A stretch of DNA of 56,846 nucleotides from Gammaproteobacteria bacterium. Lineage in GTDB: Bacteria; Pseudomonadota; Gammaproteobacteria; Methylococcales; DRLZ01. This document shows positions 1 through 8,015 of the stretch, piece by piece. The notes beneath the pieces were generated by a model. The model was not told the origin of the DNA and did not search any database. It worked only from the letters and a program-made list of their open reading frames with translations. The translations under genes were made by a program, and so were the position numbers. How positions within the stretch are numbered: position 1 is the first letter of the stretch; each line of letters begins with the position of its first letter. The stretch covers positions 1 through 56,846 of the forward strand of contig JAHZJL010000163.1 in assembly GCA_022600935.1 (NCBI GenBank), read 5' to 3'.

Positions 1-1
1 A

Positions 2-1513
2 GAAAAACCCTCGAATGTCAGTGTGACCACTGCGTTTGATAAACCCGGTTTATATGTATTTACCTGCAAGGTGCATCCGTATATGTTCGGGGCAGTTATC
101 GTTGACGACCCGAAAACAAAAGGACTGGATATTAGTGCTGAACTGGAACTGGTAACTGGTGCCAAAGTGCCTTCAACCAGTGATATCGCCAAGAAATTGC
201 TGCGTACTTTTTTTGTTGTCACCACACCCAGTTTATGGCGTGATTATTCCAAGCCGAACTGGGATGTCAAGCTGCCTGCGTTGCCGATCAATCTGGGTGG
301 CACTGTGGCATCACTGGATGTCTTGAATGTCTCCATGCCCAATCAACTGTTTAACCCGAAAACACCAGGGATTGGCGAGGTCTGGGTCAACACCCAGTTT
401 GAAGGTGTAGAAGGTAAAACAAAACCGGGTAGCGCCACTCAAATCGATGCCGCAAACTGGTCGATCAAGCAGAAAGTCAAAGGCATTGAAATAGATATGA
501 ATCATCCGCACAATATGTGGCCGGACAAAACCTACAGTTTTATTTACCAGACAGAATGGTTTGATAAAAAACTGACGACGTTTGATCGCAGGACAGGCAA
601 GGTATTATCCAGAACCAATGTCGGCGAATCGCCTTCGCATGTAATGACCAGCCCGGTTGACGATTATCTGTATGTTGCAATCAATGCAGCCGAACAAGTG
701 GTTAAGCTGTCACCGGGACCCAAACCGGCTGTTGTCGGTAGTTTGAATATGGGTCCACATACCAGCCCACACGGGCATTATGTCACCGAAGACGGCAAGC
801 ATGTGTTGACTCCTAATGCTCTGGCATCCAGTGTCTCGATTGCTGAGATCAAATCCGGTAAAGTGACTGAAATACCAACTGGCGCAGTCATTCCGATTGC
901 CATCTGGGGTAATCCACAAGGCACAACCGCTTACGCAGCCAATTTTCTGGGTACACCGCCATCCATGCTGGCCAGCTTGAGTGTCATCGATATCAACGCC
1001 AGGAAGAAGCTCAACGATATTAATCTGGCCAGTGATTATGATCCGATAACCGGAAAAATCAGCGGTGAAGCCTATGGGTTACTGCCTATTCAGACTCCGG
1101 TCAGTCCTGATGGAAAATATGTGGTGACTGCCAATACGCTCAGTATGAGCATTACCATCGTCGATACTGAAACCAATCAAGTGGTTAAAAGTCTGCCTTG
1201 TGAGCCGGGCTGCCACGGTGTCGAGTTCGGCCTGAAACAAGGCGGCGGATATTACGCTTATGTCGCCAGCAAATTTGCCAACGATTTGATTGTGGTTGAT
1301 ATGGACAAGCTGGAAATTGCCGGTCGCATTCTGCTTGCTGATCCCAATGATTCGAAAATTACCGCACATAATGGCATGGGTGGACAAGGCGTCCTGCCAT
1401 TACCGCTGGCAGAGCACAAACGTCTGAATGTTACACGCAAGCTGGTCGGCTCGGGAAAACTCAGCAGCGAGGTGGAAAGCTGGTTCAAGGACGTTGCTAA
1501 AACTCATTTGTAA
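2..1513 (+). CDS. Amicyanin-like cupredoxin domain fused to a YVTN-type beta-propeller; 5' end cut by the window edge
   Basis: The frame is open from base 2 (EKPSNVSV precedes the GTG at 23). GLYVFTCKVHPYMFGAVIV carries a C-x2-H-x2-M type-1 copper ligand loop as in amicyanin. Downstream repeats such as SPDGKYVVTANTLSMSITIVDTETNQVV look like YVTN/lactonase propeller blades. Stop TAA at 1511-1513. Confidence 0.6.
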   Translation, partial: EKPSNVSVTTAFDKPGLYVFTCKVHPYMFGAVIVDDPKTKGLDISAELELVTGAKVPSTSDIAKKLLRTFFVVTTPSLWRDYSKPNWDVKLPALPINLGGTVASLDVLNVSMPNQLFNPKTPGIGEVWVNTQFEGVEGKTKPGSATQIDAANWSIKQKVKGIEIDMNHPHNMWPDKTYSFIYQTEWFDKKLTTFDRRTGKVLSRTNVGESPSHVMTSPVDDYLYVAINAAEQVVKLSPGPKPAVVGSLNMGPHTSPHGHYVTEDGKHVLTPNALASSVSIAEIKSGKVTEIPTGAVIPIAIWGNPQGTTAYAANFLGTPPSMLASLSVIDINARKKLNDINLASDYDPITGKISGEAYGLLPIQTPVSPDGKYVVTANTLSMSITIVDTETNQVVKSLPCEPGCHGVEFGLKQGGGYYAYVASKFANDLIVVDMDKLEIAGRILLADPNDSKITAHNGMGGQGVLPLPLAEHKRLNVTRKLVGSGKLSSEVESWFKDVAKTHL

Positions 1514-1516
1514 CCC

Positions 1517-1683
1517 TTAGAAGCTGTCTGGTTAAAATGATATCCGCTGCAAAGCCCTTGAAATCGGTGTATTGTTGCGCTGCTTCTCGTTCAACAGCAC
1601 AACTATTCACCTCGAAGCATCAAAAAAATCTTCGCGATTCAAGAACTTTTCGCTTGGACATTGTTTTACCAGACAGCTTTTAA
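1517..1683 (+). mobile_element. MITE-like element, copy A (about 161 bp core plus flanking TTA/TAA)
   Basis: Left end GAAGCTGTCTGGTTAAAA (from 1520) and right end TTTTACCAGACAGCTTT (to 1680) form imperfect terminal inverted repeats. The core matches 25169-25328 with about 15 differences by manual alignment. It contains no ORF. Confidence 0.75.
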
Positions 1684-1693
1684 GCTTTGAAAT

Positions 1694-1720
1694 GATAAAA
1701 CGATACCTTGCAGTATCGCC
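1694..1720 (-). terminator. Putative rho-independent terminator of the sucrose operon
   Basis: The minus strand reads CGATAC-TGCAAG-GTATCG followed by TTTTATCATTT, about 55 nt downstream of the amylosucrase stop. The stem is short (6-7 bp). Confidence 0.45.
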
Positions 1721-1772
1721 GTTATGACATCAATTCTTCAGAAATCTTCTTCGGCAAACAGCAGATCAAGAT

Positions 1773-3731
1773 CTAAATAACATGGGAGAGCCAGTAAAAA
1801 CCATAACCTGGTACAACTAATGTCCGGTTAAATATATCGGGACTTTGCCCACTGTATAAATCAATCAAAGGTCCATTTTGATTCTCGGCCCAGCCATTCA
1901 ATTCATCCAAACCGAGTACGTGCGGCCTGGCATCGAAATTGGCGACGACCAAAACCCGTTGGCCCGGCATTGCTGAAAAAGCCCGGTCAAACACAAATAG
2001 ATGAGGGTTTTCTACTTCCAGCAAATCCCGGTTGTTAAAATCTGCAAATACTTCAATTTCCTTGCGAACTGCAATCATACGCTTAAGAGCGCTAAAAATT
2101 TTATATTCAACAGTACCTGGTATGTTACGTTGCTCAGCCTTGCTCCAATCGATAGTGGGTCGATGAATCCATCTGGAATCACCAGCTTTGCCTGGTTCAT
2201 TCAAGGCGTTATCGTCATTGATCGTGCCGAGCTCGTCACCGTAGTAGAGCAATGGAATGCCGCCAAAAGACATAATCAGGCTATGCAGCAGCAAAATGAT
2301 TTTGATGCTGTCATCAATGATCGACATATCACCGGCTTCCAACGCATATTGCAACCCGACTAAAGATGCCAGCGTTCCAGAAATCCGGGCGTCACCTGTC
2401 TTTTCATTAAGCCCGAAGGGAAGACCGCTGGCATAGGAATCGTCAAAATGACCGGTGTAATAGTCAATAAGAAACTTGCGATGCCTGGAAGGTTCGTAAC
2501 CGGCCAGTGCAATGTCACTGTCGTCAAATCCCAGACCAATATCATCGTGGCAGCGAATATAATTAAGCCAGGTCGCACGTTCCAGTTTGACTGGCAGACT
2601 TTTGAGTCCCTGATTCAGCAGTTTGACATTTTTGGTGGCGACGGTATCCCAAAGCAAGGCCATGAACGTGGCGTTGTAAGCAATTTCGCATTCTTTGGCA
2701 ATGACTGCATCCTCACCAAAATATTTGATGACTTCCACTGGAGCAACGATGGCTTCGGCTATAAAGACAACACCAGGCGCGGTAACCTGACAACAATCTT
2801 TCATTAATTGCAAAATCAAATGCGCTTCACGCTCGTTTTGACAGGTACTACCTATTTTTTTCCACAGAAATGCGACTGCATCCAAACGCAGAATATCTGC
2901 ACCCAGATTGGCCCAATACAGCAAAATATCGAGCATCTCGATAAAAACTGCAGGGTTGCTGTAATTGAGATCCCATTGGTAATCGTTAAAAACCGTCATG
3001 ACCCAACGCTGCATGTCTTCATCCCAGGTGAAGTTTCCGGGAGATGTATCCGGAAAAACTTCTGGCATGGATTGCTCAAACATATCCGGGACATTTCGTG
3101 TAGAAAACGTGTAGAAGTAATCCTGGTAGTGTTTGTCGCCTTTGCGTGCACATTGCGCCCATTCGTGTTCATTTGAGGTATGGTTGACCACGACATCCAG
3201 TACCAGCAGGATGTCGCGGTTCCGCAATTCACTGGATAATTGCTTTAAATCATCCAGGGTGCCTGCACGTGAATCAATCTGACGAAAATCGCTTACCGCA
3301 TATCCACCGTCACTCTCACCTTCAGGACACCGCATAATCGGCATAATGTGAACAAGGTTGACGCCCAGCTCCTGGAAATAACCTATATTTTTGCTCACGC
3401 CTTGCAAATTATCGGCAAACCCCTGGCTATAGAGTGCCATGCCAACCCATTGTTGGCTCAGAAACCAGTTATAGTCTCTCTCTCGTTTGGTATCGAGTTC
3501 GTGTAATTCGTCGGGACGATTGATGTAATTGCGCGCCATGGTTTCAACCAGTCGCAATGCCTGTTGTTCAAAGTCTGGGCGGTTTCCGTAAAGTTTTGAA
3601 AACAGGGAATGAATCGCATAAAAGTTGGCTCCAAGTCGGGTATAGAAATGGCGGATATCCTGTTTATAGATCTCCGGTTTTAATTGATTCAGAATATCGT
3701 TGAGAAGAGTATGTGAAACTTGTTCGTACAT
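1773..3731 (-). CDS. ams: Amylosucrase (GH13 sucrose glucosyltransferase)
   Basis: 652 aa. GH13 signature blocks are present: DVVVNHTS, GADILRLDAVAFLWK, FIAEAIV and YIRCHDDIG. The length and N-terminal helical region are typical of amylosucrase. It is the last gene of the sps-spp-frk cluster. Confidence 0.85.
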   Translation of the reverse strand: MYEQVSHTLLNDILNQLKPEIYKQDIRHFYTRLGANFYAIHSLFSKLYGNRPDFEQQALRLVETMARNYINRPDELHELDTKRERDYNWFLSQQWVGMALYSQGFADNLQGVSKNIGYFQELGVNLVHIMPIMRCPEGESDGGYAVSDFRQIDSRAGTLDDLKQLSSELRNRDILLVLDVVVNHTSNEHEWAQCARKGDKHYQDYFYTFSTRNVPDMFEQSMPEVFPDTSPGNFTWDEDMQRWVMTVFNDYQWDLNYSNPAVFIEMLDILLYWANLGADILRLDAVAFLWKKIGSTCQNEREAHLILQLMKDCCQVTAPGVVFIAEAIVAPVEVIKYFGEDAVIAKECEIAYNATFMALLWDTVATKNVKLLNQGLKSLPVKLERATWLNYIRCHDDIGLGFDDSDIALAGYEPSRHRKFLIDYYTGHFDDSYASGLPFGLNEKTGDARISGTLASLVGLQYALEAGDMSIIDDSIKIILLLHSLIMSFGGIPLLYYGDELGTINDDNALNEPGKAGDSRWIHRPTIDWSKAEQRNIPGTVEYKIFSALKRMIAVRKEIEVFADFNNRDLLEVENPHLFVFDRAFSAMPGQRVLVVANFDARPHVLGLDELNGWAENQNGPLIDLYSGQSPDIFNRTLVVPGYGFYWLSHVI

Positions 3732-3766
3732 GTGTGTCCAGGAACCTGAAAAATAATCTCTGAGCT

Positions 3767-4639
3767 CTATTTGTGGAAATCCAGATAAAACTCCGGATCG
3801 GTTGAGACTGCACCACGCAGACCGATTACCTTTGTAGCGAATTGTTGTGCTGTATCAAGAGTTTTCGGGATCGACCAGTTGGCCAGCAAACCGTGAATAA
3901 ACATCGCACTGAAGGCATCGCCGGCTCCGACTGTATCGACAACCTGGCTGATTGGCTTCGGGTCGATTGAATGAATCTCGCCTTGAGGTGTTCTCAGCAA
4001 AGCGCCTTCACTGCCCCGTGTTAAAATAACATCTTCAACAGAATATATTGCCTGAAAATCCTGCAATGCATTGGTAAGATCATCTGTTTTGTGACCCAGA
4101 TCACGTAATTCCTGCTCATTTAATTTGACCCATTGAGCCTGCCTCAGTAATGCCTGAATCTGTTCGAGTTGCCACCATGGCGGTCGCAAATTGACATCGA
4201 TAAAAACAGAAAATCTGCGATCCTTTAATAGTTGAGACAATGCGGTTTGGGCCGATGGATTGCGCAGGCCCAGGCTGCCGTGATACAACATCCCCGGGCC
4301 TTGAAATTGAGTGACTTGTTCACTCGCGATAAAATCGTAGGCACAGTCTGGAGTGATCGTATACTGCGGCTCATCCCCGACAAAATCGACTTGAACAGTA
4401 CCAGTCGGATGATTCTGATCAATATTGAGTCCAATATCGGTCATTCCCCAGTTTGTCATGGCCTGGCGAATTTCGTCGCCCAATGGATCCTGGCCGACTT
4501 GAGAAATGAAGACCGGTTTATCGCCCAATGCCTGTAGATGCCAGGCAACATTGAAAGGCGCTCCGCCCAGAACACGGGTTCCGTCAGGAAAACAGTCGAA
4601 CAATACCTCGCCAAAGATCAAGACTTGATTATGTGTCAT
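3767..4639 (-). CDS. Fructokinase (PfkB/ribokinase family)
   Basis: The sequence MTHNQVLIFGEVLFDCFPDG...GGAPFNVAWHL and the C-terminal DTVGAGDAF motif fit the family. I place the start at ATG 4639, which overlaps the spp stop in ATGACACATAA. The longer ORF-track start at 4726 only adds a hydrophobic read-through inside spp. Confidence 0.8.
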   Translation of the reverse strand: MTHNQVLIFGEVLFDCFPDGTRVLGGAPFNVAWHLQALGDKPVFISQVGQDPLGDEIRQAMTNWGMTDIGLNIDQNHPTGTVQVDFVGDEPQYTITPDCAYDFIASEQVTQFQGPGMLYHGSLGLRNPSAQTALSQLLKDRRFSVFIDVNLRPPWWQLEQIQALLRQAQWVKLNEQELRDLGHKTDDLTNALQDFQAIYSVEDVILTRGSEGALLRTPQGEIHSIDPKPISQVVDTVGAGDAFSAMFIHGLLANWSIPKTLDTAQQFATKVIGLRGAVSTDPEFYLDFHK

Positions 4640-5498
4640 TAGACGTGTTGTTATTCTGCAAAAGAGCACGAAAACCAGGCTGAAAATGCCAAACACCAGC
4701 AAGTATACCTGCACAGTAGTTTCCATTCATTGCCAAAGAATCTGGCTCGGCAATATACAAGGCATCGGAGTTGCCCTGTCTGGTTGCCAACAATTCAGCT
4801 TCCTGCTTGACAGCATTTGATGCGTTAGCGACCAGCACTGAAGGAACAGGGCTTGCTAAAACCGGAAGATCGTTTCCGCTATCTCCGGCGAATACCACTT
4901 CAGACAATTGAAAACCAAGTTGCTGCTGTAAAAACTCCAAAGCGTGTAGTTTTGTGGCATTAGCCGGTAACACATCAAGCAGACCGGTTTGAGCAATTTC
5001 ATCCATGCTCCAGATCAAACTGGCTGCGATATCATGTTGATTCAGAATCTGTTGAATTTGATCCAGCAAATGTTTCTGATTAATGTGTTGGTCAGCATAA
5101 AAGCTTAGTTTGCAAGTGTTTTGCTTGCTTGCTTCCTGTAATACAAGGCCATCCGTTTTGCTCAAAAAAGCCATGATCTGAGCATGGTTATAGCCTCCCC
5201 ATGCCTGTTTGATTTCCTGTTCCCAACGGGCCAGTTCTTGCCACTTGGTATTCGACACCTGATAGATTTTTGTGCCAACATCTGAAATAACAAAATCCGC
5301 TTCCGGTACATCAAATTCTTCGATAGCCTCCTGGACTAGGGTCTTATGTCTCCCGGTCACATAAACCAGAGTGACTTCCTGATTCTGACAGAACTGCTTA
5401 AACCTCTGTCGTGCCTCGGGGTGTTCGGGCGCAGCTCCGTTTGGTATCACTGTGCGATCCATATCGCAACACAACAGCAGGCGCGGTTTAGTCATCAT
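4629..5498 (-). CDS. spp: Sucrose-6-phosphate phosphatase (HAD-IIB)
   Basis: 289 aa. HAD motif I is CCDMDRTVIP (DxDxT) and motif III is GDSGNDL. The start ATGATG overlaps the sps stop by 11 nt. Confidence 0.8.
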   Translation of the reverse strand: MMTKPRLLLCCDMDRTVIPNGAAPEHPEARQRFKQFCQNQEVTLVYVTGRHKTLVQEAIEEFDVPEADFVISDVGTKIYQVSNTKWQELARWEQEIKQAWGGYNHAQIMAFLSKTDGLVLQEASKQNTCKLSFYADQHINQKHLLDQIQQILNQHDIAASLIWSMDEIAQTGLLDVLPANATKLHALEFLQQQLGFQLSEVVFAGDSGNDLPVLASPVPSVLVANASNAVKQEAELLATRQGNSDALYIAEPDSLAMNGNYCAGILAGVWHFQPGFRALLQNNNTSNDT

Positions 5499-7602
5499 CT
5501 TGCTCCGGCTCCTGTGGGGCTCGACACGTATTGAAAAAGTCGTAATGAGTCAATGCTTCAATAATTCCTGCAGCCAGCTTTTGTTTGGCAAAATAGATCC
5601 GTTTCCCTCCTATAAGATTCGATAATTCCTCATGATGGCGATTAGCTACCACTGCGGCAAGGGTGTTGCCGCGCATCATGTCTTCGTCAGCGCCTGACCC
5701 TCCCGCAACGAATATGCGTTCTAACGGGATTTGCCAGCGATCGGCAATATATCTCAAGGCCAATCCCTTGGATGCGCGCAATGGCAAAATATCAAGACAT
5801 TGGCCAAACGCAAATTGTGTGTTAACAGACTGATCTTCTTCCTGAAGCAGTTGATTGATTTCATCAATATCCGCAATCTGGGGATCAATGTAATAGCTTA
5901 ATTTGAATAGAGTCTGCTCTAGTTTTGGCTGTCGCTTCAGGCCAGGAAAGTTGGTAAGTAAGCGTCTTATTTTATGAGGCGTCCAATTGTAATCGATATG
6001 ATTTAGCCAGGCTTTATCGGCGGTCAATTTCGGAGCGTAAAAAATTTCTGTACCGCTGCTGGCAATCAATATATCCGGTTCCGGGATGCGATGTTTTTTC
6101 ATCAATTTCAATGCCGAATCCAAACTCCGTCCAGTCGCGATGACAAACTTGGTGCTTTTACGTTGTTTGCGAATAATCCCAATCAAAGTCTGCAAGGACT
6201 CGTCGTCGCCTATCAGATTTTGATCGAGATCACTGACAATGGCTCGATCATTGTACAAACCTTTTGTCAATCGAATAGGCTTGAGGGTCAGGGGTTCTGC
6301 TCTCTTGACCAGCGGCTTGATCAGCTTCAGATAAGATTTGACATGCGCATCCCAGGAATAATGTTCGCGTACACCAGCCAAACCATTGTCGGCGCTTTGC
6401 TTCCACAATTGCTTTGAATTTAGCAGGTTCAAGAGAGCAGTTGTAATGGAGCTGGCATCGAAGGGATCAATCAGGAAGCCATTCTCACAGTTATTCATAA
6501 TGTCCTGCGGTCCACCATCTTCGGTTGCGACGATGGGAAGCCCTGAGGCAGCAGCTTCAATCAGGGTTAATCCAAACGGTTCTGTGATTGCCGGATTGAC
6601 AAACACACCTTTTGACAATGCCACAATCCGGTAAAACAATGGTACATCTTGTCGGCTGTGATGTTTTGGGATGGCCACTTTGCCGTATAGATCAAAACGA
6701 TCGATTGTTACCAGTATGTCGTGAAAGACTTCCTGGGCATTGTCATCCAGATCGTCAATATCATCTCGATTCCCTGCCACAATCATCAAGTTGGCCATTC
6801 CGGTTAATTGCTCGGATTGGCCATAAGCCTCGATCAGTGTCGTAATGTTCTTGCGTTTGTCGGGTCTGGATAAGGCCAGGATAATCGGTTTTTTTGGTTC
6901 TTTTAGATGGCGCGATATGTCAGCAAAGATTTCTGACTGTAATTCATTGCCTTCAGGCGGCATAAATGTCGTCAGGTCAGTTCCTGGCGGAATGACGGAC
7001 ATATTATCCGGCTGGTAATAATGGTAGAGTTCGTATTGCTCCTCTATTTCCTGGTGGGTGCTGGTGATGACTTTGTCAGCTGTTGCCAGAGTCAGTTCTT
7101 CGGCTTCGATACGCCGACTCATGTTATACAGGGTTTCAATCTGGTCGGAGCCCAGACCACTCGCTAATAAACGGTGACGTTTGACGCGTCCCAGCGAATG
7201 GCCGGTATGGATCAGAGGCAAGCCAAAGGATTTGGCCAGCAAAGCCCCAGCGTTACCGGCGTCAGCGTAGTGACTGTGAATAATATCGGGAATGGCATCG
7301 TTTTCGCGAAAAAATGCAGCGATATTGTCTGTAAATTCCTCAATATGATCCCAAAGCTGTTCTTTGGGGATGTACTCTTCCGGTCCGGCGTTGATGCGGA
7401 CTACTCTGAGCGTATCATCTATTTTTTCAATGGTTTCACCATAATCAGGTGAAACTCCGGTATCGATGACGCGCCGGGTAAACACATCCACTCTGGAGAC
7501 TTCCGGCAACCGGGCCAACGCTCGCGCCAATTCCAGAACGTATAATGTCTGCCCACCGGTATCAGCATCCTTGCCTAACTCCAGGTCATTGAACCGGATC
7601 AA
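5488..7602 (-). CDS. sps: Sucrose-phosphate synthase (GT4 domain plus C-terminal SPP-like HAD domain)
   Basis: NDLELGKDADTGGQTLYVLELARAL is the SPS N-terminal signature, and EPFGLTLIEAAASGLP is the GT4 motif. The C-terminal third is HAD-like (FVIATGRSL). The coordinates use the TTG at 7602. Conserved sequence continues upstream to about 7653 with no canonical start (see findings). Confidence 0.85.
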   Translation of the reverse strand: MIRFNDLELGKDADTGGQTLYVLELARALARLPEVSRVDVFTRRVIDTGVSPDYGETIEKIDDTLRVVRINAGPEEYIPKEQLWDHIEEFTDNIAAFFRENDAIPDIIHSHYADAGNAGALLAKSFGLPLIHTGHSLGRVKRHRLLASGLGSDQIETLYNMSRRIEAEELTLATADKVITSTHQEIEEQYELYHYYQPDNMSVIPPGTDLTTFMPPEGNELQSEIFADISRHLKEPKKPIILALSRPDKRKNITTLIEAYGQSEQLTGMANLMIVAGNRDDIDDLDDNAQEVFHDILVTIDRFDLYGKVAIPKHHSRQDVPLFYRIVALSKGVFVNPAITEPFGLTLIEAAASGLPIVATEDGGPQDIMNNCENGFLIDPFDASSITTALLNLLNSKQLWKQSADNGLAGVREHYSWDAHVKSYLKLIKPLVKRAEPLTLKPIRLTKGLYNDRAIVSDLDQNLIGDDESLQTLIGIIRKQRKSTKFVIATGRSLDSALKLMKKHRIPEPDILIASSGTEIFYAPKLTADKAWLNHIDYNWTPHKIRRLLTNFPGLKRQPKLEQTLFKLSYYIDPQIADIDEINQLLQEEDQSVNTQFAFGQCLDILPLRASKGLALRYIADRWQIPLERIFVAGGSGADEDMMRGNTLAAVVANRHHEELSNLIGGKRIYFAKQKLAAGIIEALTHYDFFNTCRAPQEPEQDDD

Positions 7603-8015
7603 TCCGTGGATACTGATTAAAGAGATATAGAATGAATTCCGAGTTTTACTGATAAGATAACCTGTCGGTAATGTTGTGGTAAAACGGGCAAAACTTTAGC
7701 ATTATCTAAACAAGCTGTTTATCCCCTTTATATTCTACTTTACCACATATAGTGAAAGGGATTGATCATTCAGGACGTTTCAAAACCATCTGTTTTAAGC
7801 AATGGAGTTAGTTAGGACATTCATTCGCTTGACGTCATTAATCAGATAGCTGCCAGGGTTTTAACAGCTTTTTTGGCAGTATTGAGTGACTTACTGAATA
7901 TGTCAACTCATACCGAAAACTTGCTTGTGCATCGTGTGTGATTAGTAAATTGATGACGACTGGAATACAATTGCCTATTCAATTCACTCTGATTGACAGA
8001 TAAAGATCAAACGCA

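Noticed and set aside
2001-3232. Numerous 60-140-aa ORFs antisense to or nested within large genes (for example 2001-2363, 2448-2807, 2808-3176; similar sets lie inside recC, sps, comEC, rne and pepN).
   Set aside because: They are fully contained in well-supported genes, lack RBS and motifs, and are typical shadow ORFs.
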